Shown here: positions 7,891 through 17,998 of the stretch, piece after piece | Position numbering within the stretch: position 1 is the stretch's first letter | Layout: every line of letters starts with the position of its first letter | The notes under the pieces: generated by a model | The model's input: the letters and a program-made list of their open reading frames with translations, nothing else | Told to the model about the DNA's origin: nothing | Database searches by the model: none | Assembly (NCBI GenBank): GCA_964549615.1 | Contig: CAZJVP010000088.1 | Location: 25,868 to 89,867 of the forward strand | Source: an uncultured Thermococci archaeon | GTDB lineage: Archaea > CAYQAE01 > CAYVLA01 | Reading direction: 5' to 3' | Length of the DNA: 64,000 bases | Made by a program: the position numbers and the translations under genes

Positions 7891-9345
7891 TTGGAGCCCG
7901 CCAAGCTCACCGCCTGCAAGGCCCTGATCGCCATCAGGTCCGGGCACCTCTCCTCATCCGAGCTGACCGCCTCCGTCTTCCGCAGGATTCGCCGCGTTGA
8001 GAAGAAGGTTCACTCCTACATAACCCTGGACGAGGAGCGAGCCATGAAGAGGGCGGAGGAGATCGATGAGAGGCTCCAGAAGAAGGAAGACGTGGGGCGG
8101 CTGGCGGGCCTGCCGGTAGCGGTGAAGGACAGCATAGTAACGAAGGGGCTGCGCACCACCTGCGGCAGCAAGATGCTCCACAACTTCATACCGCCCTACT
8201 CGGCGACGGCGGTGGAAAAGATTCTCGCCGAGGGTGCAGTGATCATCGGGAAGACCAACTGTGATGAGTTCTGCATGGGCACGACCACTGAGACCAGCCA
8301 CTTCGGGCCCACCTACAACCCCTGGGACCTGGAAAGGGTGCCGGGTGGATCGTCGGGCGGAAGCGCGGCCTCCGTGGCAGCGGATGAGACGACCCTGGCG
8401 CTCGGCACCGACACCGGAGGCTCCATCCGCTGTCCGGCCGCCTTCTGCGGGGTGGTGGGCCTTAAGCCCACCTACGGACGGGTCAGCCGTTACGGCCTGA
8501 TCGCCTACGCAAGCAGCCTCGACCAGATAGGGACCCTCACCAAGGACGTAGCGGACTCCGCACTGCTGCTCTCGACGCTGGCCGGCAAGGACCCGATGGA
8601 CTCCACGTCCGTGGACCGCCCTCCAGAGGACTACCTGCTTTCCGTGGGAAGAAGCGTGGAGGGCGAAAGATTCGCCGTTCCGGACGAGTTCCTAGCCGAG
8701 GGCGTGCACGAGGACGCGGTGAAGGCAACCTGGAGGGTCGCAGACGCCCTCGAGGCGCTTGGAGCGGAGAGGCGGGAGATCCACCTTCCGTCCCTTGAGT
8801 ACTCACTTGCCACGTACTACATCATAGCGATGTGCGAGGCGAGCTCCAACCTGGCCAGGTACGATGGCGTGCGCTACGGCTTCTCCATACCGTCGAAGGC
8901 GGACTGGATCACGGCCTTCTCGGAGGTGAGGGGTGCTGGCTTCGGCCCGGAGGTCCGCAGAAGGATCATCCTAGGCACGTACGCCCTCTCAGCCGGCTAC
9001 TACAACGCTTACTACATGAAGGCTTTGAAGATACGCACCGTCCTCATGAGGGAATTCCAGAAAGGTTTCGAGCAGGTCGATCTGCTCGTCACCCCCACCA
9101 TGCCAGGCCCCGCCTTCAGGATAGGGGAGATGGCCGACCCGCTTACGATGTACCTTCAAGACATCGATACCGTGCCCGTGAACCTCATCGGCGCCCCGGC
9201 CATATCGTATCCAGCCGGGCTCACCGGCGGCCTGCCCCTTGGGGTCCAGATCATCGGCAGACACTTCGAGGAGGACAGGCTCATACGCGTGGCCAGCGCA
9301 CTTGAGGCCCGGCTGCCTCACAGGCGGCGACCGCGCCTGCTGTAG
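7891..9345 (+). CDS. gatA: Asp/Glu-tRNA amidotransferase subunit A
   Basis: Amidase signature GGSSGGS...GTDTGGSIR, SSNLARYDGVRYG, EVRRRIILGTYALSAGYY. Confidence 0.95.
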   Translation: MEPAKLTACKALIAIRSGHLSSSELTASVFRRIRRVEKKVHSYITLDEERAMKRAEEIDERLQKKEDVGRLAGLPVAVKDSIVTKGLRTTCGSKMLHNFIPPYSATAVEKILAEGAVIIGKTNCDEFCMGTTTETSHFGPTYNPWDLERVPGGSSGGSAASVAADETTLALGTDTGGSIRCPAAFCGVVGLKPTYGRVSRYGLIAYASSLDQIGTLTKDVADSALLLSTLAGKDPMDSTSVDRPPEDYLLSVGRSVEGERFAVPDEFLAEGVHEDAVKATWRVADALEALGAERREIHLPSLEYSLATYYIIAMCEASSNLARYDGVRYGFSIPSKADWITAFSEVRGAGFGPEVRRRIILGTYALSAGYYNAYYMKALKIRTVLMREFQKGFEQVDLLVTPTMPGPAFRIGEMADPLTMYLQDIDTVPVNLIGAPAISYPAGLTGGLPLGVQIIGRHFEEDRLIRVASALEARLPHRRRPRLL

Positions 9346-9385
9346 CCATTTTTCAAAGGCCCCGAAAACGAGGTGAGGACCGGAC

Positions 9386-9613
9386 TTGGCCCTCAACTGG
9401 GTTAGGATCGCATGGACCCTTGCATTCGCGGTGTTGGGACTTCTCGCCTTCTTCGTCTACATCGATTACTCAAATCAGGCCCGCCAGCGAGAGGCCGAGA
9501 TCGAAGCTGCCCTTGGAATGAAAGCCGGGCCAGGCGCGGGCAAGCCGACGGCGAAGGCGGCGACGACCCGCCCGCTGCCCCGCAGAAGCCGGAAGTACCG
9601 GATGAAGAGATGA
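9386..9613 (+). CDS. Small single-TM membrane protein with basic tail
   Basis: GAGGTGA RBS, one hydrophobic helix, K/R-rich C-terminus; fills the gap before the convergent gene. Confidence 0.6.
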   Translation: MALNWVRIAWTLAFAVLGLLAFFVYIDYSNQARQREAEIEAALGMKAGPGAGKPTAKAATTRPLPRRSRKYRMKR

Positions 9614-9616
9614 AGG

Positions 9617-11785
9617 TCAAGAAGACCGCTCGCCCGCTCCCTTTCTACTGCTCAGCGCCAACGCCGTTGCCGCGTCCACCAACCGTTGGCCAGCCTGTAC
9701 GTCCAGCAACGTTGCGCCGGCCTCGTAACCCCCCTCCTCGAAGGCCTCAGGCGTGACCACGTAGCCGACCATGTCGTCGCAGTATCCCACCACCATGGTT
9801 CGGCCGCGGCCCAGCCGCCTCTTCATCTCCAGCCCATACTCCGCGAAGAGTTCCGCCGGGACGCCCACCAATAGCTTGTCGTTGATCTTTACGACCTGGA
9901 CCTGAGTGCTCACCTCACTGCCCAACCACGCCCTGATGTAGCCGGCCCTCTCGGCCAGGAAGGCGGTTCCGGCCGCCCTCGCCATCTTCCTCTTGACGTC
10001 CCTCCTCTCAGTTGGAGATGAGGGTTTTGCGCTTCTCAATGCCTCAAGCTCCTCCCTTGCCTTCTCAACGCTAGGTAGCTCCCTTAGGCCTAGGGAGACG
10101 CTTGCGCACGACGAGCCGATCGCCACCTCCTCGGTCGTGTCGACGCCGCCGAGGGCGCGCAGGGCATGCCCCGCGAGGACCCCGCCAACTCTTTCCACCT
10201 CGGCAAAGCTTGAGCCGCGGCGCCTCACCGTCAGGTTGCCGCACGCACCGTTGGCGAACAGGCAGACCGCCTGGGGGCCCAGCACCCTCTCTAGGGCTTC
10301 CATGGCGTGGCCGGGATACTCTGAGCAGAAAAGCAGGTTCTTGGAGTCCATTATGACGGGGTGGGCCCCGAAGTTCACAAGGGCACCGATCAACCGCCCC
10401 GTCGAGGACTCGATTTTCATTACGGCAAGTTCATCGTCGATCGGGCCTTCCTCTTTCTGCCTGTTGGTCGATAGATCAGAAACCGTCGTCCAGCCAAACC
10501 CGAGCCTGCCATCGGCTGCCCCGTTCACTGCCGTCACCGCACAGCAGGAAATCCTTTCGACTAGGAACCTGCGCAGAGCCGGGTTGGAGGGGAAGCCCAT
10601 GAGCGGGGCTATATCGTGGTGTCCCTCAGGGCCGGAGTGCGTGTGGGTTGCGAATACCATCACGCCGTCCTCAGCTATGCCGGTCATGCGGGAGACCTCC
10701 CTCCTCACTTCGCTGACCAGCTTGGCGTCGACGTAGAGCAGATCCACCGAGACGAGAACGACGGTCTTCCGCCCGTCGCTTAGCGAGATCGCGCGCGCAT
10801 GAAGATCGTCGTGCGCTCCCCTAGACAGATCGTGCCTGTCCGAGAAGCCCGCCAGCTGCGTTGGAAATGGGGGCGTGATGGGGATCTTGGCACTGCCTGC
10901 CTTCAGCCTTCTGACCCCCCTGCGGCGCATGTCGCGCTGTCTGTCCCTGATCTCCCGGAAGCTCAGAAGCTGTATGCCGCGTTCCCTGATCTCCGCCGCC
11001 ACCTCGGGATCGGTGAGGAGCCTCATCTCCGCCTCGCGCTTTTCCCAAGCGGTCAGCGACCGGGTCTCCGCATCCCCAACCGCCGGGTGAAATATGAACT
11101 CGGTTATGCCCGGCCTCAGGCCGTCCAGGATCTGCAGGAACCTGCGCTTCTTGGCCTCGGGGCTGACGCCGTAGAAGGTGTAGTTGAGATCGTCCGTCGT
11201 CAGAATCCCGTCCGCCCTCAACCAGTCAAGGTGAACCGGGCTTGGCCAACGGATGGGCAGGTCACGTTCCCGGGCCACGGCCAGGACGATCTTCAGGATC
11301 TCCGGGTAGTAATTGTGCACGCCCTCGTTGCTGTCGATGTGGGTCAGGTCGAGTCCCCACTCCACTGCCTGGTCTACCTGCCGACGTATCTCCCTCTCCG
11401 CCTCGCCCAGGTCGATCTTGCCGGACAGCATCCTCTCCATGAACCTCTCCGAACTCAGGAAGAGGCCCTGCTCGTCCGTGAGGGAGGGCACCTCATCGCC
11501 CAGGAGCGGGCGGCCCACATCCTTCTGGCAGGTGAGGTCTATGTGAACGCCCACGTTGAGGCCCTTTTCCCTGGCGATCCGGGCGGCGCGCGCGGAGTCC
11601 GGCATGGTCTGTATCATGCTTATGTCCGTCGCCAGCCCCTCTTCGTAGGCCCTCACGATGCCGTCCGTTATGCCGGTGCTCATGCCCATGTCGTCCGCGT
11701 TCAGGATGAGGAACCTCGTCCCTCTCTTCACCGCGGATTCGATCTGACGGTAGTCGTACGTTTTTGTGATCTCCATGTCTGGCAT
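9617..11785 (-). CDS. Fusion of a YdjC/ChbG-family deacetylase and a neutral/alkaline ceramidase-like domain
   Basis: N-term LNADDMG, GVHID, THIDSN, EFIFHP; C-term HDDLHARA, ATHTHSGP, FGAHP, NGACGN, PAELF, GYE. Confidence 0.85.
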   Translation of the reverse strand: MPDMEITKTYDYRQIESAVKRGTRFLILNADDMGMSTGITDGIVRAYEEGLATDISMIQTMPDSARAARIAREKGLNVGVHIDLTCQKDVGRPLLGDEVPSLTDEQGLFLSSERFMERMLSGKIDLGEAEREIRRQVDQAVEWGLDLTHIDSNEGVHNYYPEILKIVLAVARERDLPIRWPSPVHLDWLRADGILTTDDLNYTFYGVSPEAKKRRFLQILDGLRPGITEFIFHPAVGDAETRSLTAWEKREAEMRLLTDPEVAAEIRERGIQLLSFREIRDRQRDMRRRGVRRLKAGSAKIPITPPFPTQLAGFSDRHDLSRGAHDDLHARAISLSDGRKTVVLVSVDLLYVDAKLVSEVRREVSRMTGIAEDGVMVFATHTHSGPEGHHDIAPLMGFPSNPALRRFLVERISCCAVTAVNGAADGRLGFGWTTVSDLSTNRQKEEGPIDDELAVMKIESSTGRLIGALVNFGAHPVIMDSKNLLFCSEYPGHAMEALERVLGPQAVCLFANGACGNLTVRRRGSSFAEVERVGGVLAGHALRALGGVDTTEEVAIGSSCASVSLGLRELPSVEKAREELEALRSAKPSSPTERRDVKRKMARAAGTAFLAERAGYIRAWLGSEVSTQVQVVKINDKLLVGVPAELFAEYGLEMKRRLGRGRTMVVGYCDDMVGYVVTPEAFEEGGYEAGATLLDVQAGQRLVDAATALALSSRKGAGERSS

Positions 11786-11812
11786 CACCCATCCATAACG
11801 TGAGACACAGGG

Positions 11813-12784
11813 CTAGTCGGTGATCCCGCCCTCCTCAATGGAGAAGACGGTTTCGCCCTCGGGCAGGTACGGGCTGTCCACGAGCCTTGCGATCCGCTTG
11901 TTGGCCTTGGCCTTCCTCAAGAAGACCCTGTGGGTGCACTGGTGGGCGATTATGTTTCCTCCAGCCGGCGCAACCTGGTCGCCGAAGATCATGTCCACCC
12001 TGGCCAGCACCTGGTTGGTGACCACGACGGCCATATCGTGCAGGTCCGCCAGTTTCTGGAGCTCGTGGACGTGTCTGTTCAGCTTCTGTTGTCTCTCGGC
12101 AAGGAGCGCCCTTCCAGTATACTCGGATCTGAAGTAGGAGGTGAGCGAATCCACTACCAAGAGCCTGACGTTCCACTCCTTAGCCATCTCGCCCACCTTC
12201 CCGGCAAGCTCCATCTGGTGGTCGGAGTTCCTCGCCCTGCCAACCCAGATGTTCCGCAGGATCTGCGATGCATCCTTGCCGAGGTGCTCTGAGATCTGGA
12301 TTATCCTCTCGGGCCTGAAGGTGTGCTCCGTGTCGATGTAGGCCACCCTGCCCTCCAGCCCGCCCTCCTCCCTTGGGAGCTGCACCATGACCGCCACCTG
12401 GTGGGCGATCTGCGTCTTCCCGGTCGCGAACTCCCCGTAGAACTCGGTTATGGCCTGCGTCTCGATGCCGCCTCCCAGAAGGTCGTCAAGCCTCTTGCTG
12501 CCCGTGGATATCCTCTGGATCTGGCTGCGCTTGTGAAGCACTACATCCGCAGTCTCAAACCCCATGTTCAGCACAGACCTTGCGGACCTGACGATGGCCG
12601 TTGCCGTATCCTCGGGTATCCCCAGTTCACCCGACAGTATCAGCGGGGATGCGACGGCCAGGCTTTCCAGCGAACGGTAGCCTGCCTCGCGCAACCTCTT
12701 GCCCGTGGAGGGCCCCACGAGGGGCAAGTCCTCTATCTCGCGGACCTCCGAACCAGCTCCCTGACCGTCCGCAGAACCCCCCAT
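11813..12784 (-). CDS. radA: DNA repair and recombination protein RadA
   Basis: HhH N-domain, [41 protein letters not shown]. Confidence 0.97.
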   Translation of the reverse strand: MGGSADGQGAGSEVREIEDLPLVGPSTGKRLREAGYRSLESLAVASPLILSGELGIPEDTATAIVRSARSVLNMGFETADVVLHKRSQIQRISTGSKRLDDLLGGGIETQAITEFYGEFATGKTQIAHQVAVMVQLPREEGGLEGRVAYIDTEHTFRPERIIQISEHLGKDASQILRNIWVGRARNSDHQMELAGKVGEMAKEWNVRLLVVDSLTSYFRSEYTGRALLAERQQKLNRHVHELQKLADLHDMAVVVTNQVLARVDMIFGDQVAPAGGNIIAHQCTHRVFLRKAKANKRIARLVDSPYLPEGETVFSIEEGGITD

Positions 12785-14634
12785 CAGCTCGCCTCCTTCA
12801 GTTCCTTAATCAGCTCCTCCGCCTCCCGCCTGGGATCCGGGACCTCGATGCCGCTGACCCTGAGACGTCCGTCCACGACGACCCCTATGAACACCATATC
12901 GACGCCCTTGCGGAAACCGGACCTCAGCTCCTCGATGCTCCTTCCGGTCCCATCCTTGAGAAGCTTCGCACACCGGTCTCCAAAAATGATTGCAGGAATC
13001 AGCCCGGACCCATCATCGAGCACGCAGGTGCACAGCAAGCTGTCGGGTCCGAATGAATTCGTGTAGCGAAGGTCGGTCAGCGCCACCGGGCAGGCCCTTA
13101 TCCTGCAGAGCCTCCCAGCCTGCAAGGCCGAGATCAAACCCATCTTCGGCTCGTCCTCATTGAGGACCTCAACCTTCTTGTCGAGCACCTCAAGGGAACT
13201 CTCCGGGAGAACCTGGATCTCCCCAAGGTCGTTCACCTTGGCATTCCTTATCCTCAGCCCCCTCCCGGCCTCAAGCTCCTGAACCGGGTCCACATGGCCG
13301 TCCCAGAAGACCGCCGGGACCCTTCCGGTTGCGTCTCCAACGACGGCTGAAATGAGCTTGGCGTCGTTGAACTCTTCGGGGAGGCCGACCTCGACGATGC
13401 CCACCTCCAGGGTCAGGCCCTGCATGCCCCGGACCAGGTCGCAGACCATGGGGATGAACTCCTCCTCCTCCACCAAGAGGCGACCGCGCCAGCCGACGTG
13501 GACCTCCAACTCCTGGTTCATCCCAAACTTGGTATAAGCATTCTCGACGGTGACCCTCGATCCCTCCTCAAGGGCGGCCGCCGCGTCAGCGGCATTGCCC
13601 CAGAGGACGACCCTCACCTGTCCCGACCCGTCGCTGACGATGACGTTCGCGACCTTGCCCTCCTGGCCGTTAAGGCGGGTGAAGCTCCTTCGCCCGAGGA
13701 CGCGTTCGACCCGCCCCCTGATGTCCACGCTCGGCATGTTGTCGGTGAGCTCGGAGATCCGCACGACGGACTGGACTGACCCAAACTGAAGATCCTTTGA
13801 GGGTTCGATCAAGACGATCTGGGAGGACGACGAGCAGTGAAGCTCAGGCCTTTCGTTCAGCCCGCCCTTCACGTAAGCTCCGACAATTCGAACCAAGCTG
13901 CCCTTGGGAATCCTCTCAAGGCCTTCAGCCTTTTCGTTCCACAGCGAAACCCTGGTCTCCCCGGTGTCGTCCTTCAAGAACACCGTCGCGACCTTCCCGC
14001 CAGCGCCGTCCGGCCGGTTGAAGGTCCGTACGTTCGAGATCGCGGAGATCACTCCCTCCACGGTGACATCCCGCATGCCGACCTGGATGTCCTTGATCTT
14101 GACCTTGGTCTCCTGCAGCTCGGGCATGGGCTCCGAGATCGCGGGGTTGACAAGGATTCTCCCGCGACGGCCGACGTGCACCTCGACCTCGCCCGATAGC
14201 CCGGTCCTCGTGTAGCCTGACCTGATCTGGACTATATCGCCCCTGTTGATCGTTCCCCTTTCCACTGGCTCTGCTTTCTCCCCCCAGAGAACCACCCGGA
14301 CGCTCCCCGTCTCGTCCATGACCAGGATGTTAGAAACCTTTCCGGAGAAGCTCTCACGGTTGAAGCTCCTGACCCCGTATATGCTCACCACCCGCCCCGC
14401 AACATCCACGCTCTCCATGCCCGGAACAAGGTTCTTGATCTTCAAGCTCATCTGCGGTGGGGCCTCGAAGGTCGCGCCCATCTCCCTCGCAAGCAGCTTG
14501 GCTGCCCCTATCTCGCTGAGCAGCCCGTAGTGTTCCTTGATCTTTCCGTCGATCCTCGACTTGAACTCCTCCAGGCTGACCTTGTCCTTGACTTTATCGT
14601 GAATCTGCTTTATCGCCTGGAGGTCTTCCGACAT
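12784..14634 (-). CDS. rpa: Replication protein A / ssDNA-binding protein with ~5 OB folds
   Basis: Repeated KIK(N/D)...V...[21 protein letters not shown] units; own TATA (TCTATATAAG, plus 14681-14690). Confidence 0.88.
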   Translation of the reverse strand: MSEDLQAIKQIHDKVKDKVSLEEFKSRIDGKIKEHYGLLSEIGAAKLLAREMGATFEAPPQMSLKIKNLVPGMESVDVAGRVVSIYGVRSFNRESFSGKVSNILVMDETGSVRVVLWGEKAEPVERGTINRGDIVQIRSGYTRTGLSGEVEVHVGRRGRILVNPAISEPMPELQETKVKIKDIQVGMRDVTVEGVISAISNVRTFNRPDGAGGKVATVFLKDDTGETRVSLWNEKAEGLERIPKGSLVRIVGAYVKGGLNERPELHCSSSSQIVLIEPSKDLQFGSVQSVVRISELTDNMPSVDIRGRVERVLGRRSFTRLNGQEGKVANVIVSDGSGQVRVVLWGNAADAAAALEEGSRVTVENAYTKFGMNQELEVHVGWRGRLLVEEEEFIPMVCDLVRGMQGLTLEVGIVEVGLPEEFNDAKLISAVVGDATGRVPAVFWDGHVDPVQELEAGRGLRIRNAKVNDLGEIQVLPESSLEVLDKKVEVLNEDEPKMGLISALQAGRLCRIRACPVALTDLRYTNSFGPDSLLCTCVLDDGSGLIPAIIFGDRCAKLLKDGTGRSIEELRSGFRKGVDMVFIGVVVDGRLRVSGIEVPDPRREAEELIKELKEAS

Positions 14635-14748
14635 TCCCGTCCCCGCCGGCCCGCCCTCACACGCCGAACCCCTACCGGACCTTATATAGATTATCCGCGT
14701 CCCCAGAGTCCTGTCGCGCATCGCTTGACCTAGGAACAACTTCCACCG

Positions 14749-15060
14749 CTACTTCTGGAAGGCGAGATCCGTCCCGCAGCTGGGGCACTTACCCGCGTAG
14801 GATCCGAAGCATATCTTGCAGAGGGTCTTGCCGCATTTGGGACACTTGAAGTGCCCTCGCTTCATTGCGGTGGTCCCGCAGACCGCGCACGAGAGGGTCT
14901 CCTCCTTGAAGTGCTCCAGTTCGATCTTGCAGTCGGGGCACTTAAAGCCTGACTTCTCGGCGCACTTCTGATCAAGCATCTTACGACAGTAAGGACATCT
15001 ATAGTAGCCCACCTCGGGCAGGGGAGATTCGCATACTGCGCAGATCATCCTTTCGGGCAA
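14749..15060 (-). CDS. Small Cys-rich protein with two tandem zinc-finger repeats
   Basis: Two copies of CAVC-x11-CPxC-x4-[D/C]xxC-x7-CPxC. Confidence 0.8.
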   Translation of the reverse strand: MPERMICAVCESPLPEVGYYRCPYCRKMLDQKCAEKSGFKCPDCKIELEHFKEETLSCAVCGTTAMKRGHFKCPKCGKTLCKICFGSYAGKCPSCGTDLAFQK

Positions 15061-15206
15061 GGAACGTGCACCTCAGGTTGGGGCTGCGCCCGTCTGGCGG
15101 TGCAAGGCCTGATAAATATTGGCGCCGCGCAGCCGAGGAATCGGATGTCGTAATGTTGGGACGTGCCCAAAAGTCTTTATCAAGAGGTCCCCAACACGCG
15201 CATCTG

Positions 15207-15938
15207 ATGTCGAAGGGCTTCAAGGTGATTCCCGCCGTTGACCTGAAGGATGGCAAGTGCGTGACCCTGGTAGGCGGAGATCCCTCCAAGAGGGTGGTAG
15301 AACTTGAGGATCCCCTAGAGGCGGCGAAGAGATGGGAGAGCTGCGGCGCAAGCATCCTCCACCTCATAGACCTGGACGGAGCAATCCAAGGAATGCCGGC
15401 TAACATGCCCATCGTCAGGCGGATAGTCAGTGCGCTTGGCATACCGGTGCAGTTCGGAGGCGGGATCAGATCCCTTGAGGCAGCCCGTACCCTGCTGGAA
15501 GCCGGGATTTGGAGGATCATACTCGGGACCCTTGCGTTCGCGGAGCCGAAGGCGGTATCCATTCTTTCCGCCGAGTACGGCCCATCCCGAATCATGGTGG
15601 CCCTGGACTTTAGGGCGGGGAAGGTCCTTACCCATGGCTGGCGCTCCTTTACGGGGACCGACCCGCTCTCGGCGGCTAGAACCTACGAGGGGCTTGGGGC
15701 AGGGAGCCTCCTTGTAACGAACGTTGAGGTCGAGGGAAGGCTCGGGGGCATGCCGCTGGAACCGATCAGGGAGCTGGTTGGCGCGGTGGCCATCGACGTG
15801 GTCGCGAGCGGGGGCGTGGCCTCGCTGGACGATATCATATCGATCAGATCTACGGGCGCGGCCGGCGTCGTGGTCGGGGCGGCCATCTACACGGGAAGGA
15901 TTAATCTGAGAGAGGCGATAGAGAGAGCGGAAAGGTAG
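15207..15938 (+). CDS. hisA: ProFAR isomerase (histidine biosynthesis)
   Basis: VIPAVDLKDGKCV, LHLIDLDGA, QFGGGIRS, ASGGVASLDD. Confidence 0.95.
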   Translation: MSKGFKVIPAVDLKDGKCVTLVGGDPSKRVVELEDPLEAAKRWESCGASILHLIDLDGAIQGMPANMPIVRRIVSALGIPVQFGGGIRSLEAARTLLEAGIWRIILGTLAFAEPKAVSILSAEYGPSRIMVALDFRAGKVLTHGWRSFTGTDPLSAARTYEGLGAGSLLVTNVEVEGRLGGMPLEPIRELVGAVAIDVVASGGVASLDDIISIRSTGAAGVVVGAAIYTGRINLREAIERAER

Positions 15939-15946
15939 GTGTCGGG

Positions 15947-16534
15947 GTGCTCAGGATCGAGAAGAGAAGGAAGACCAAGGAGACGGACATCTCTTTGTCC
16001 ATCGATTTCGAAGGGTCAGGTGCCTCAAACATTGCAACCGGCCTGCCCTTCTTCGACCACCTCCTTGATTCGTTCGCCAGGCACGCAAGGTTTGACCTGG
16101 AGCTCAAGGTTTCGGGCGACCTCGACGTGGATGACCACCACCTCGTCGAGGACGTCGCGATCACGCTCGGATCGGCGATCGCCGAGGCTCAGGCGCGCAG
16201 ACAATCGCTCAGGCGTTTCGGAAGCTGCGTGCTTCCGATGGATGACGCACTCGTCCTCGCCGCCGTCGATCTCGGGGGCAGGGCCTTCGCCGACGCACCT
16301 ATACGGTTCAAGAAGAGGATGGTCGGCAGCTTCACCCTAGCAAACATCAGGCACTTCATCCGCTCGCTCGCGGACGGCGCCAAGCTCAACCTCCACGTGA
16401 GGGTTCTCTCCGGAACCGACGAGCATCACATTGCCGAGGCAATCTTCAAGGCCATCGGCGTCAGCTTGCGACAGGCTATGGAGGAGGATCCAAGGCTGTT
16501 GGGCTCGGTTCCAAGCACCAAGGGTACGATCTAG
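15947..16534 (+). CDS. hisB: Imidazoleglycerol-phosphate dehydratase
   Basis: RKTKETDI, GDLDVDDHHLVED, HHIAEAIFKA, PSTKG. Confidence 0.96.
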   Translation: MLRIEKRRKTKETDISLSIDFEGSGASNIATGLPFFDHLLDSFARHARFDLELKVSGDLDVDDHHLVEDVAITLGSAIAEAQARRQSLRRFGSCVLPMDDALVLAAVDLGGRAFADAPIRFKKRMVGSFTLANIRHFIRSLADGAKLNLHVRVLSGTDEHHIAEAIFKAIGVSLRQAMEEDPRLLGSVPSTKGTI

Positions 16535-17205
16535 GCCCGCTGGCGCTTGCGCAGGGCCTTCAGGATCATGAATATGCCCACCCTAAGGCCGCACCAGACC
16601 GTAACCCCCGGGACGTACTTATCGTACTTGACGGGCACCTCCTTCAGGCGTAGGCCCCTGCGCATCGCCTCGAGGATGATCTCGCTTTCGATCTCGTAGC
16701 GGTTCGCAGTCAGGTCGAAGCCCTCGAGGGCAGATGTCCGGATGGCCTTGAGGCCGGTCTGGCTGTCGTGAACACGGGCACCCGTCAGGGCGTTGGTGAG
16801 CTTCGTCAGCCCCCAGTTGCCAAGCCGCATGATCCAAGAGGAGGAGGCGAAATAGTTCACCCTGTGGCCCAGAACGATGTCGGCCTCGTTCTTCAGTATC
16901 GGCTCGATGAGGTTTGGGATGTCGCTCGGGTAGTGCTGCCCATCCCCGTCCAATCGAAGGATTATCTCCGCCCCATGTTGCTTTGCGATCTCCAGGCCCT
17001 TCCTGTAGGCCGCGCCCACGCCCTGGTTTCGGTCTATCCTGAAGACCTTCGCACCGCCGGCAGAGGCCTCCTGGGACGAATGATCGGTACTGCCATCGTC
17101 TATGACTATGACGTTGTCGACGTACTGCCGGGTCTCCCTCACGATCCCCTGTATGGTCTTCTCCTCGTTGTGGACTGGTATCACGCAGATCGTTCTCAAG
17201 CCCAA
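16531..17205 (-). CDS. GT2 polyprenyl-phosphate glycosyltransferase (DPM1/ArnC-like)
   Basis: IPVHNEE, IDDGSTD, LDGDGQH, DSQTGLK. Confidence 0.9.
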   Translation of the reverse strand: MGLRTICVIPVHNEEKTIQGIVRETRQYVDNVIVIDDGSTDHSSQEASAGGAKVFRIDRNQGVGAAYRKGLEIAKQHGAEIILRLDGDGQHYPSDIPNLIEPILKNEADIVLGHRVNYFASSSWIMRLGNWGLTKLTNALTGARVHDSQTGLKAIRTSALEGFDLTANRYEIESEIILEAMRRGLRLKEVPVKYDKYVPGVTVWCGLRVGIFMILKALRKRQRA

Positions 17206-17238
17206 CCGCCCCGGTGTCGCCTCCTCCGCCCCACCAGC

Positions 17239-17946
17239 TTATGAATGATTCCCAGTCCACTTCGCCGCCGGTCCATCGTCGACCACCCTGCCGTCCACGA
17301 TCACGACGCCCCTCCTGCAGTGCCGAAGGAAGTTGAGGTCGTGGCTCACGGCCACGACGGTGACCCCCAGCTCGTCGTTAACCTTCCTCAGAAGTTCGAA
17401 TACCTTGCCCGAGGATTGCGAGTCAAGATTGCCCGTCGGCTCGTCCGCGAGTATCATCTTTGGGTCATTGGCCAGGGCCCTGGCCACCGCGATGCGTTGC
17501 TGCTCGCCGCCCGATAGCTGGTCAGGCTTGTTGTTCGCCCGCTTCTCAAGATCGACCAGCCTAAGCAGCTCCCTTGCCCTTCTCGTCCTGCTCGCCCGAT
17601 CCTTGTTGGAGAGCACCATGGGGAACTCGATGTTCTCCTCCGCCGTGAGGGTGGGAATCAGGTTGTAGGCTTGGAACACGAAACCTATGGTGTGGAGCCT
17701 CAGGTCGGACAGCTCGTCATCCGACAGCGCCGAGACGTCGCTGCCAAAGATCTTGATGGACCCCGAGGTAGGGCGATCCAGGCAGCCTAAGAGGTTGAGC
17801 AGGGTCGTCTTGCCCGAACCAGACGGGCCCGAAACGAGAACGAAATCGCCGCTCTCGACATCCAAATTGACGCCGTTGAGCGCCTCCACCTGTATTTCGC
17901 CCGATTTGTACAGCTTTCGGAGATTGCGGGTCTCTATGGCCTTCAA
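17239..17946 (-). CDS. ABC ATP-binding protein (LolD/MacB/FtsE family)
   Basis: GPSGSGKT, GFVFQAYNL, LSGGEQQRIAVARAL, ADEPTGNLD. Confidence 0.95.
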   Translation of the reverse strand: MKAIETRNLRKLYKSGEIQVEALNGVNLDVESGDFVLVSGPSGSGKTTLLNLLGCLDRPTSGSIKIFGSDVSALSDDELSDLRLHTIGFVFQAYNLIPTLTAEENIEFPMVLSNKDRASRTRRARELLRLVDLEKRANNKPDQLSGGEQQRIAVARALANDPKMILADEPTGNLDSQSSGKVFELLRKVNDELGVTVVAVSHDLNFLRHCRRGVVIVDGRVVDDGPAAKWTGNHS

Positions 17947-17998
17947 TTTTCTCTCTCGAGGAAGCCCAGGAAAGCCTTTAAAGGTATTCTATTAAATT

